Origin: Gammaproteobacteria bacterium
Lineage (GTDB): Bacteria > Pseudomonadota > Gammaproteobacteria > Eutrophobiales > Eutrophobiaceae
Direction of reading: 5' to 3'
DNA: 64,000 bases
NCBI GenBank assembly: GCA_965243205.1
Contig: CBDEUK010000002.1
Coordinates: 1,952,001-2,016,000, forward strand
The stretch's first letter is position 1; each line of letters starts with the position of its first letter. The translations under genes were made by a program, and so were the position numbers. This document shows positions 18,950 to 28,480 of the stretch, piece after piece. The notes below the pieces were generated by a model. The model made no database searches. It saw only the letters and a program-made list of their open reading frames with translations, and had not been told where the DNA came from.

Positions 18950-20074
18950 ATGTTTACATCTCTAACTAACATTTATAGTTCTACTGTTTATGCCATAGCA
19001 TGCTTTTTGCTGTTGGTATGTACTTTATTTTGCCCCAATTTGATTCATGCCCAAGAGGAATCTGTTCCAGTAGTTACCGCTTTTGTTAAAGTCGGTTCTG
19101 CATCTGAATTATTACCTTTGACTGGGACAGTGACTTCTCCTCGCGCTTCTGCGGTTTCTACTAAAGTTGAAGGCTATGTTGCTAAACTTTATGTAGAAGA
19201 AGGTGATGAAGTCAAGCAGGGTGATGTCTTGCTTGAGATTGATAAGGAACTTGCTGAAATTGAGTTGGAGCGATTACGAGCTGTTTTGAATGAAGCCGTT
19301 ACAAGAGATAATGAACTTAAACGTAAGCGCAAAGAAGCGAAAGATCTATTAACCAAACGACATATTTCTGAAACAACCTATAAAGCTGCTGATGCTGAAG
19401 TCAATATTAACTCAGCGGTTGTGCAACGATTACGCGTTGAATTAAAACGTCAGCAAGTGATTGTTGAACGACATATTGTCAAAGCACCATTTTCGGGTGT
19501 TATAACCGAGCGCTCTGTTGAGGTAGGACAATGGATTGAAACCAGTTCAGAGTTATTTCAACTCACGGAATTGAATGCTTTACGTATAGAGGTTCCAGTC
19601 CCACAGTTTTATTTTAATAAAATCCAAACAGGTACAAAAGTATCCGTTGTATATGACTCTATACCGGACAAACAATTTAATGCGGTAGTTGACATTAAAG
19701 TACCAGTTAATCAAGAAGCGACTCGAACGTTTCCTGTCATGATCAATGTAAGTAATGATCAAAAGTTACTCGCGCCAGGGATGTCGGCAAAAGTTTTATT
19801 TAACTTATCGGATGCGAATTCGAAAGAGAGTTTGTTGATACCGACAGATGCATTGATAAAGTTAATTGATGGTACAGAACAAGTTTGGCGCGTTATTAAA
19901 AATCAAGAATCAACAACCGTATCTCCTATTCCAATAACAACAGGAAAGACTCTTGGTGATCAAGTTCAAGTTATCCAAGGAGATTTAAAAGAAGGTGATG
20001 AAATAGTCATTCGTGGTAATGAATTACTGCGTCCAATGCAGTCTGTTTCAATCACTAAAACGGTGACTGATTAA
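18950..20074 (+). CDS. RND efflux periplasmic adaptor (MFP)
   Basis: V.G.V..L.V.EGD.VK.GDVL, APFSGVI, TRTF, LAPGM motifs. Confidence 0.9.
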   Translation: MFTSLTNIYSSTVYAIACFLLLVCTLFCPNLIHAQEESVPVVTAFVKVGSASELLPLTGTVTSPRASAVSTKVEGYVAKLYVEEGDEVKQGDVLLEIDKELAEIELERLRAVLNEAVTRDNELKRKRKEAKDLLTKRHISETTYKAADAEVNINSAVVQRLRVELKRQQVIVERHIVKAPFSGVITERSVEVGQWIETSSELFQLTELNALRIEVPVPQFYFNKIQTGTKVSVVYDSIPDKQFNAVVDIKVPVNQEATRTFPVMINVSNDQKLLAPGMSAKVLFNLSDANSKESLLIPTDALIKLIDGTEQVWRVIKNQESTTVSPIPITTGKTLGDQVQVIQGDLKEGDEIVIRGNELLRPMQSVSITKTVTD

Positions 20075-20080
20075 ACTCTT

Positions 20081-23000
20081 ATGTTTCGGTTTGCCTTAGA
20101 AAAGCCGTTTATCATCACTGTAGCGATCTTAATTATTAGCATCTATGGTTTGATCGCAATTTTTCGTGTGCCAGTGCAAATGATTCCGGATTTAGATCCT
20201 AGAGTGATTTCTGTAAATACTTGGTGGCCTGGTGCAAGTCCACAAGATATTGAAAAAGAAATTCTTATTGAACAAGAAGAGTATCTAAGACGTATTCCAA
20301 GCGTTGAACGCATGACGTCAACATCCACCACCAGTACTGCCAGTATCGAACTGGAGTTTCCTCATGGTACCGATATCAATGAAGCATTAATACTGGTGAA
20401 TAATGCTTTATCGCAAGTACCTAACTATCCTGAAAATGTTGATGAACCACAAATCACCAGCAGTTCCTTCTCCAGTAATTCGTTTATGTACTTTGCAATA
20501 AAACCAATCGCTGGTAATCCAAATAATTATGACATGCGCACCATGCGTGATTTTATTGAAGACAATATTCAAACCGTTATTGAACGGGTACCTGGTGTGG
20601 ATTCAACCCGGGTTCGTGGCGGTGAAGAGCAACAAATAAAAATCTATGTCGATCCGCAAAAATTAGCACAGCGAAATTTAAATTTAATTGATGTTCGTAA
20701 TGCCATTCGTTCACGTAATCGAGATGTTTCGGGTGGTGATTTAGATAGTGGCAAACGTCGATATTTATTACGAACACGTGGACGTTTTGAATCTATCGAA
20801 TCAATTAATGATTTGGTAATTCAAAGACAAGGTGATGCCTTAATTCGATTACGAGATATTGGTTATATTGAAGAATCGATATCAGAAGTACGTGGTTATT
20901 CGTATTTAAATTCAGAACCAATTATTAATCTTTCAGTGAAAAGACAAATTGGATCAAATGTTATCCAGATAAAAGAAGATGTTGTTCATGAAGTTAAGAA
21001 TCTTAATGAAACATTTTTAAATAAAAAAGGACTGGATATGTTATTGATCTCGGAAGATGTTCGTTATGTACAAGATTCAGTAAAAATTGTTAGTCAAAAT
21101 CTTTTAATCGGTGCTGCTTTAGCAGTGATAGTGTTATATGTTTTTTTGCGATCAACTTCAGCAACATTGATTGGCGCATTAGGGATTCCTATTTGTACAG
21201 TGACAGCTTTTTTAGGTTTATTAATTACTGGGCGTACTATGAATGTTATTTCTATGGCTGGCGTTGCCTTTGCAATCGGCATGACTATGGATAATAGCAT
21301 TGTTGTATTAGAAAACATTTATAAACACTTAACGCAAGGCAAATCAAAATTCCAAGCGGCTTTAGATGGTGTTACAGAAGTTTGGCCAGCGATTTTAGCT
21401 TCTACGATGACAACAATTCTGGTTTTTCTACCGATTGTATTAATCAAAGAAGAAGCAGGACAATTATACTCAGATATCTCCATTGCAATATCAGCATCGA
21501 TTTTGATGTCGATGATTGTTGCAGTGACTGTTGTACCAATGGCAAGTCGTTATTTTTTACATCCAAATACTAAACCTCCATTTCGTTTTGGCTTATATCG
21601 GTTAGGGCAAGCATTTGGCAACATGATCCTTTATTTGGTTGATAAATTACTGAAAGGTTTTATTCGACAAATAATTTTGATCGCTGTGGTTTTGTCTGCT
21701 GCATTTTGGGTTTTAGAAAATTTAACACCTCAAGCTGAATATTTACCTGAAGGTGAAGAGAAAAAGATTTTTGCATTTGTATTTTCACCACCGGGTTATA
21801 ATTTAGAAGAGATGCGCCAGATGGCCGAACAAGGTAATAAACACTTTGGGCAATATTATATCGATGCAGAAAATGAATTTGATCCAGATACGCAAAAATA
21901 TCCTGTGGATTATGTGGTTTCTTTTTTAAGTTCGCGCAGTATTTTATTCATTGTTGAAACCAGTGATAGAAAATACTTAGACGCAATGACGGAAGATGCA
22001 TCTGAGTTTGTGAACAAATTTCCTGGTGTCATTTCGTTTGTATCACGTGGCAGTATCTTTGCTGGCAATGTGGGTGGTACTCGGAGTATCAATTTAGATA
22101 TTAGCGGTATAGAACTAGAAGAGTTATTCGATACTGGATTGAAAGCATTTTTAAAATCGAAACAAATTTTTGAAAACCCCAGAGTCAGACCTCAACCTTC
22201 TTCTCTGTCTTTAGGTCAACCTATGGTAGAGATTTATCCTAACTGGGAGCGTGCGGCTGAACTTGGAATTAATGCAAATGATCTGGGGTATATGATTTGG
22301 GCGTATTCTGATGGTGCCTTTGTAGATGAATATTATAAAGGTGATAAAAAAATTGATATGTATTTATATTCTACTGAAGGCAACGTTGATTCGCCCGATG
22401 ATTTACAACATTTACTATTATATTCGGATCGAGGTGGAATCATTCCATTAAGTGAGATAGCAAATATTAAAAGTACCGTTAATACTGAAAATATTCGTCG
22501 AGTTGATAATAAACGTACTATTACTTTATCGATTATCCCTCCACGTGACATCCCTTTAGAGCAAGGTGTGGAGATAGTGAAGCGTGATTTGATTGATGCA
22601 ATGATGAATTCAGGTGATTTATCCGATGATATATCAATGACCATTAGCGGCGCGAGTGATCGTTTGCACTCCACACAAAAAGCGTTACAAGGAAATTTTT
22701 TGGTTGCGATCGTTATTTCATATTTGATTATGGCCGCTATCTTTTCTCATTGGGGATATCCATTATTAATTTTAACAACGGTTCCGATTGGTATTAGCGG
22801 TGGAATTGTGGGTATATGGTTGTTGAATGTAATAGGTGGTCAGCTAGATCAATTTGGATTGCAAAATATATTTCAACCGTTTGATATGATCACGATGTTA
22901 GGTTTTCTAGTCTTGATCGGAACGGTTGTTAATAATCCTATTTTATTAGTTGAACGAGCTATGGTTAATTTACATAAACGCTCAATGGATATACATAATG

Positions 23001-23257
23001 CTATTTTAGAAGCTACTCAATCAAGATTACGTCCTATTTTAATGTCAATGATTACAACAATATTTGGTTTATCTCCATTGGTATTGAATCCAGGAGAAGG
23101 TACAGAGTTGTATCGAGGATTAGGAGCAATTGTTTTATTTGGTTTATTTTTTTCTACCATCATTACATTAACCTTTATGCCTTGCCTATTATCATTAGTG
23201 CTTAAAATACAAAGTACGATCAAAAATATTTTTACTGTTAAACAAACAACCAATTAG
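20081..23257 (+). CDS. RND efflux permease (AcrB/AcrD/AcrF family)
   Basis: 1058 aa; GMTMDNSIVVLENI, VNNPIL and SRLRPILMS motifs. Confidence 0.92.
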   Translation: MFRFALEKPFIITVAILIISIYGLIAIFRVPVQMIPDLDPRVISVNTWWPGASPQDIEKEILIEQEEYLRRIPSVERMTSTSTTSTASIELEFPHGTDINEALILVNNALSQVPNYPENVDEPQITSSSFSSNSFMYFAIKPIAGNPNNYDMRTMRDFIEDNIQTVIERVPGVDSTRVRGGEEQQIKIYVDPQKLAQRNLNLIDVRNAIRSRNRDVSGGDLDSGKRRYLLRTRGRFESIESINDLVIQRQGDALIRLRDIGYIEESISEVRGYSYLNSEPIINLSVKRQIGSNVIQIKEDVVHEVKNLNETFLNKKGLDMLLISEDVRYVQDSVKIVSQNLLIGAALAVIVLYVFLRSTSATLIGALGIPICTVTAFLGLLITGRTMNVISMAGVAFAIGMTMDNSIVVLENIYKHLTQGKSKFQAALDGVTEVWPAILASTMTTILVFLPIVLIKEEAGQLYSDISIAISASILMSMIVAVTVVPMASRYFLHPNTKPPFRFGLYRLGQAFGNMILYLVDKLLKGFIRQIILIAVVLSAAFWVLENLTPQAEYLPEGEEKKIFAFVFSPPGYNLEEMRQMAEQGNKHFGQYYIDAENEFDPDTQKYPVDYVVSFLSSRSILFIVETSDRKYLDAMTEDASEFVNKFPGVISFVSRGSIFAGNVGGTRSINLDISGIELEELFDTGLKAFLKSKQIFENPRVRPQPSSLSLGQPMVEIYPNWERAAELGINANDLGYMIWAYSDGAFVDEYYKGDKKIDMYLYSTEGNVDSPDDLQHLLLYSDRGGIIPLSEIANIKSTVNTENIRRVDNKRTITLSIIPPRDIPLEQGVEIVKRDLIDAMMNSGDLSDDISMTISGASDRLHSTQKALQGNFLVAIVISYLIMAAIFSHWGYPLLILTTVPIGISGGIVGIWLLNVIGGQLDQFGLQNIFQPFDMITMLGFLVLIGTVVNNPILLVERAMVNLHKRSMDIHNAILEATQSRLRPILMSMITTIFGLSPLVLNPGEGTELYRGLGAIVLFGLFFSTIITLTFMPCLLSLVLKIQSTIKNIFTVKQTTN

Positions 23258-23269
23258 TTTGTTTTTATC

Positions 23270-24418
23270 ATGTCGATACCACTATCGCTTTATATTCATT
23301 TACCTTGGTGTGTAAAAAAATGTCCGTACTGTGATTTTAATTCGCATACATTCAATAATTTTGAGCAACAAGAAAAAAATTATATTGATGCTCTTATCAA
23401 AGATATGGAATTCGAATCATTAAGAATTCAAGGTAGAGAGATACAAACAATTTTTTTTGGTGGAGGAACCCCATCATTATTTTCTGTTTCAGGAATAAAA
23501 AATATATTAGATGCTGTAAAGAAATATTTTACGGTTTCTCAAAATGTAGAAATAACCTTAGAAGCGAATCCTGGAACGGTTGAAGCTGAAAAATTTAAAG
23601 GGTTTTATCAAGCGGGTGTTAATCGTTTATCAATTGGGGTGCAAAGTTTTTCTGATAAAAAGCTTTCTGCTCTAGGTAGAATACATAATTCAACTGAAGC
23701 AGAAAAAGCAATTGATATAGCAATTAATTCAGGGTTTAGTAATTTTAATATTGATTTGATGTATGGTTTACCTAATCAGACACATGAAGAATCATTACAT
23801 GATTTACTAAAAGCTATTGAGTATCAACCTTCACACATTAGTTGGTATGAGTTAACTATAGAACCGAATACTGTTTTCTACAGTAAACCACCTAAGTTAC
23901 CGGATGATTCCAAAGTTTGGGATATGCATTTAGCGGGTAAGGAAATATTAGAAAAAGCAGGTTATAAACAATATGAAGTTTCTGCTTATGGAAAAATACA
24001 GTGTCAGCATAATATTAACTATTGGCAGTTTGGGGACTACCTAGGATTAGGGGCAGGTGCTCACGGTAAATTAACAAATTTACAAACCATGCAAGTGGAA
24101 CGTTTTGCACGTGTAAAATTACCACAAAGTTATATCGATAAGTCTGCTTCAAGCACGATGATTGCAGAACATCGAGTGTTAACTGAATCTGATTTAGTGT
24201 TTGAGTTTATGTTGAATGCTTTTCGTCTGAGTGATGGTTTTGAACTAAGACTGTTCGAGCAATGCACGGGTTTAAATAAAGATAGGGTTTCTTCTCAATT
24301 GCAAATAGCAGAACAAAATAACTGGATAATTAATGAGGACGGCTTAGTCAAAACAACATTGTTAGGTAAACAATATCTGAATGAGGTTATCGGTTTATTT
24401 TTGAATGAGAATGTTTAA
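23270..24418 (+). CDS. hemW: Radical SAM heme chaperone HemW
   Basis: LYIHLPWCVKKCPYCDF, GGGTPS and HNINYW motifs. Confidence 0.92.
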   Translation: MSIPLSLYIHLPWCVKKCPYCDFNSHTFNNFEQQEKNYIDALIKDMEFESLRIQGREIQTIFFGGGTPSLFSVSGIKNILDAVKKYFTVSQNVEITLEANPGTVEAEKFKGFYQAGVNRLSIGVQSFSDKKLSALGRIHNSTEAEKAIDIAINSGFSNFNIDLMYGLPNQTHEESLHDLLKAIEYQPSHISWYELTIEPNTVFYSKPPKLPDDSKVWDMHLAGKEILEKAGYKQYEVSAYGKIQCQHNINYWQFGDYLGLGAGAHGKLTNLQTMQVERFARVKLPQSYIDKSASSTMIAEHRVLTESDLVFEFMLNAFRLSDGFELRLFEQCTGLNKDRVSSQLQIAEQNNWIINEDGLVKTTLLGKQYLNEVIGLFLNENV

Positions 24419-24419
24419 G

Positions 24420-24444
24420 AAAAAAGGGGAGCTAGCTCCCCCCC
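24420..24444 (-). terminator. Intrinsic terminator between convergent hemW and the PilZ-like gene
   Basis: GGGGAG-CTAG-CTCCCC hairpin followed by a T-run on the minus strand. Confidence 0.7.
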
Positions 24445-24497
24445 AGTGGGCTTACCTATTTTTTAATTGTTATTGATCCACGTACGACTTGGGCATC

Positions 24498-24893
24498 TTA
24501 GGAAGATTGTCGTACGTCTAGGTAATCGCAAGATCGCAAAATAGTTTGCAGATCAAATTTAGATTTCACAGGTAGCCAAATACCTATTTCAAAACCATCG
24601 GTTTTACGTAATGCTGAAACTACATATGCGTTATAAGAATGCACAGAGTCTGGTAGCGGAAAACCAACGGAAATTCGTTTGCCTAGGTATAACTCTGATT
24701 TGGTTTTAAAGCTTAAACCTAGCCCATCACCTGGGAATTCCTCCATTCCAAGGATTTCTGAAACGCTGTCATAGTGGTATGTCACCTGTTCATGATTGTG
24801 TTTCAAAATAAGCCAAGGACCATTGTCGATGGATTCATATTCTGTGTATTTAACAGGGACTTGTTGAAGTATTTTTTGTTCTACTGCAAGCAT
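24498..24893 (-). CDS. Hypothetical protein with a degenerate PilZ-like barrel
   Basis: GLGLSF.....L..G..I.V......A.VV.......FEIGI pattern; SD GAGG. Confidence 0.55.
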   Translation of the reverse strand: MLAVEQKILQQVPVKYTEYESIDNGPWLILKHNHEQVTYHYDSVSEILGMEEFPGDGLGLSFKTKSELYLGKRISVGFPLPDSVHSYNAYVVSALRKTDGFEIGIWLPVKSKFDLQTILRSCDYLDVRQSS

Positions 24894-25158
24894 AGCTACT
24901 TACCTCTTTATGGATTCCGTAAGGAATAAACAAAATTGATAGTTGAACTATAAAGAGCAAAATATAAAAAATCAATAAAAACATACAATTATAAGTTATA
25001 TTTAAACTAAAATATCATATAATTATATTAATTAAACATTATAAATTATTGATTTTATTATATATATAATATTTTTGTTATTTTCTCACGGATGTACATC
25101 GGTGTATTACAATAGCCCCCCTAAATACTTGGATACTGATTGTCTAAGGAGCTATTGA

Positions 25159-27867
25159 ATGAAAATTCTGTTTGGAGTTCTTGGGTTAATTTTTGGCGCG
25201 GGCCTGGATGATGAGACGGGAGCTTTTTTTGGCTTAGCAATAGGCATACTTGCTGGAGCCTTAATTCAATACCGAGACAAGATAAATCATCTGGAAAAAT
25301 CTTTGGGTGTATTGCAAACCAGAGTTAATTTGCTGCAATCTGAAACCACAGTCAAGAAAGAATCTGTGGTAGAAGAAACTACGGAACCTGAGATTGATGT
25401 GGTGGACTCAGGATGGGATGAGCAGCCAAAGGATATCTTGCCGGATCCAAATTTTGTCCCTGCAAATCAGATCACTACAAAGACCGAAGAAGCCAATACA
25501 ATTGAATCATCCGTAAAGTCATCACAAGACATTTCACTTACTGATAAAGTTTTTAGCCATATAAAAGAATTTTTTACCACCGGTAATATTGTGGTGAAGA
25601 TAGCGATTATTATTTTATTTTTCGGTGTCTCGTTTCTAATCAAATACGCATCGGAAAATAATTTATTACCTATAGAGTTAAGGTTGTTAGGTGTTGCAGT
25701 ATTTGGCGCGGTTTTATTGGCAATCGGATGGAGACTGCGTTTAAAGAACAGTCTATATGCATTAGTTGTACAAGGTGGTGCAATTGGTTTGTTATATCTA
25801 ACCACATATAGCGCTGGCCGTTACGAAATCATCCCTGCCCTGTTAGCTTTTGCTATATTATTTTTCCTAGTTATCTTCGCTTGTTTTTTGGCGGTTAAGC
25901 AAGAATCAAAATCCTTGGCACAATTCGCTACCATTGGTGGTTTCCTGGCGCCGATACTTACCTCAACAGGTAGCGGTAGTCATGTTGAATTATTTACTTA
26001 TTATGCAATTTTAAATCTAGGAATTTTTATCGTTGCTTGGTTTAAATCATGGCGTAGTTTAAATTGGATTGGCTTTGTTTTTACATTTGTGATCGCATCA
26101 CTTTGGGGTTTTAAATATTACAATGCAGAATATTTCAATACTACACAGCCTTTCTTAATTTTATTTTTTGTTTTTTATGTAGCGATATCGATTTTATTTT
26201 CCGTACGCCAACCACCAAAATTAAAAGGGATCGTCGATGGTTCATTAGTGTTTGGTGTTCCTTTAGTGGGTTTTGCTTTACAAAGCCGTTTAGTAGAGAA
26301 CTTTGAATATGGACATGCATGGTCTGCGTTTATTATTGGCATGGGATATTTTTTACTAAATCGATTCATCAATATCAAAAAGGTAACTAACCTAAATTCA
26401 TTGAATGAGGCATTTTTAGCGTTAGCAATTATATTTTTAACCTTAACGATACCTTTTACAGTCGACGGAAACTGGACTGCTGCTGCTTGGGCATTGGAAG
26501 GTGCTGGTATTTTGTGGATGGGACTTAAGCAAAATCAAAAGCTCGCCAAATGGTTCGGTTTAGGTTTACAGATAATGGCCGCAATTATGTTTTTCATAAG
26601 AAATGAAAGTACCTTATCACAAGAAATTTTCTTGGATAGTTTCTATATAGGTTCAGTGATGATCAGTATTGCAGCTTTATTTTCCTCTTATCATTACTCG
26701 ATAAAAGAAAAAGAATTAACGAATTTAGAATTGTCTTTGCCTAAAATTTTATTTTACTGGGGATTGTTATGGTGGTTAGGAATTCATCTATATAAAATCG
26801 ATCACCTTTTAACTAATGACATTGGTATTAATATATTAATATTGTTTGTAACGCTTAGCTTTTTATTGCTTGCATTCATAGGTCAATCTTTAAATTGGAA
26901 ATTCCCTGAAAAAAACGCCGTTATTGTGTTGCCAGTTATTATATTATTTACGTTGGTTAGATATACAGATCATTATAGTCTAATTCCATTTGATAATTAT
27001 GGTTGGTTAAGCTTGCCTGTGTGCATTGCGACTTCATATTTGTTTTTATATAGAAATAGTTTGATTTGGGAAAGTAATTTAGTAAAGATTTATCATGCAT
27101 TGAGTTTATATTTAATAGTATTTTTATTGACTTGGTTTATAGATGGTTTATGTGCACGAATATTTACGCAATATAATTTATTTTCTTATTTAGTTTGGGG
27201 AATTGTTCCAGCTATTTGCGTATTAGCGTTAATCAATATTCGCAATGTTAATCTATGGCCTATCAAAAATTATCCTAACAGTTATTTATCAGACGGATTA
27301 ATACCTGTGTTTGGATTTTTATCAATATGGTGTATAGCAGCATCGAGTCAAATATCATCAACTAAATTATTTGCATATTTACCTATAATGAATTTACAAG
27401 ATATATCAATATTTTTTGTAATTGCTGTAATGTTATATTGGATTTATTTATGGAGTAATGAAAAATTAGAAAAAATAAATTTTATTAATAAAGCTTTAGC
27501 TTATTTAGTAATAATATTTATAAGTTTTGTTTGGCTAAATTCAATGATTGCACACTCCGTACATTATTATGCAGGAGTTGATTATAATTTGTTGACGATG
27601 CTTGGTTCTGATATTTATCAGTCATCAGTATCTATTGTTTGGACCTTGACGGCTTTTATCATAATGACCTTTTCTTCAAAACAACAATTGAGAAAACTCT
27701 GGTTTGTTGGGGCTACAATTTTAGGTTTGGTAATATTAAAATTATTTGTCATTGACATGAATGATTCCGGCACACTTACTAGAATTGTTTCTTTTATCGG
27801 TGTGGCTGTATTGATGTTGGTGTTAAGTTATTTTTCACCAACACCGCCTAAATTAGATAAGGCATGA
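25159..27867 (+). CDS. DUF2339 multi-TM membrane protein
   Basis: FFTTGN..VK, QGGAIG, GGFLAPIL.STGSG, WALEGA and RIVSFIGV motifs. Confidence 0.85.
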   Translation: MKILFGVLGLIFGAGLDDETGAFFGLAIGILAGALIQYRDKINHLEKSLGVLQTRVNLLQSETTVKKESVVEETTEPEIDVVDSGWDEQPKDILPDPNFVPANQITTKTEEANTIESSVKSSQDISLTDKVFSHIKEFFTTGNIVVKIAIIILFFGVSFLIKYASENNLLPIELRLLGVAVFGAVLLAIGWRLRLKNSLYALVVQGGAIGLLYLTTYSAGRYEIIPALLAFAILFFLVIFACFLAVKQESKSLAQFATIGGFLAPILTSTGSGSHVELFTYYAILNLGIFIVAWFKSWRSLNWIGFVFTFVIASLWGFKYYNAEYFNTTQPFLILFFVFYVAISILFSVRQPPKLKGIVDGSLVFGVPLVGFALQSRLVENFEYGHAWSAFIIGMGYFLLNRFINIKKVTNLNSLNEAFLALAIIFLTLTIPFTVDGNWTAAAWALEGAGILWMGLKQNQKLAKWFGLGLQIMAAIMFFIRNESTLSQEIFLDSFYIGSVMISIAALFSSYHYSIKEKELTNLELSLPKILFYWGLLWWLGIHLYKIDHLLTNDIGINILILFVTLSFLLLAFIGQSLNWKFPEKNAVIVLPVIILFTLVRYTDHYSLIPFDNYGWLSLPVCIATSYLFLYRNSLIWESNLVKIYHALSLYLIVFLLTWFIDGLCARIFTQYNLFSYLVWGIVPAICVLALINIRNVNLWPIKNYPNSYLSDGLIPVFGFLSIWCIAASSQISSTKLFAYLPIMNLQDISIFFVIAVMLYWIYLWSNEKLEKINFINKALAYLVIIFISFVWLNSMIAHSVHYYAGVDYNLLTMLGSDIYQSSVSIVWTLTAFIIMTFSSKQQLRKLWFVGATILGLVILKLFVIDMNDSGTLTRIVSFIGVAVLMLVLSYFSPTPPKLDKA

Positions 27868-28406
27868 ATAAGATAGAGACAGAGATTGTAGAATGGATAA
27901 ATAATGTTGTTATTAATTTGGCATTATGTCCTTTTGCAAAAAAGCCATTTACAGAACAACGTGTCAGAATTCATGTAACGATTGTGGAATCTGATGAGGA
28001 AATATTAGAACAGCTACAATCAGAATTATTATATATCGATAACAATGATAATGTAGAGACTACCTTACTTGTGATAGAAAATTATCTACAAGATTTTTAT
28101 GACTTTAATCAATTTTTAGATTTAGTCGATTTACTATTAGAACAAGAACAATGGATAGGTAAATATCAGATTGCGACATTTCATCCAAATTACCAATTTG
28201 CTAATACTGAACCAGAGGATAATGAAAATTTAACCAACCGTTCGCCTTATCCTATCCTGCATATTTTATCAGAAAAAAGTATGGCTAAAAATTTGCAATC
28301 TTATAGTAATCCCGAGCTAATTCCTCAAAAAAATATTGAGAAGATGAATACATTAACTCAACAACAAAAAAACCAATACTTCGAATATTTATTCAATAAT
28401 AACTGA
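27864..28406 (+). CDS. DUF1415 family protein
   Basis: VINLALCPFA, QIATFHP.YQF and TNRSPYP.LHIL motifs. Confidence 0.88.
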   Translation: MNKIETEIVEWINNVVINLALCPFAKKPFTEQRVRIHVTIVESDEEILEQLQSELLYIDNNDNVETTLLVIENYLQDFYDFNQFLDLVDLLLEQEQWIGKYQIATFHPNYQFANTEPEDNENLTNRSPYPILHILSEKSMAKNLQSYSNPELIPQKNIEKMNTLTQQQKNQYFEYLFNNN

Positions 28407-28480
28407 ATTATTCTAATTAACAGATTGTCTTAGATGTTTTAACATTGAATTATTAATATTATCCAGGAAGAGGCTCTGGC

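Noticed and set aside
18950-23257. RND pair as integron cargo
   Set aside because: It lies beyond valS with no attC; an ordinary chromosomal MFP-RND pair
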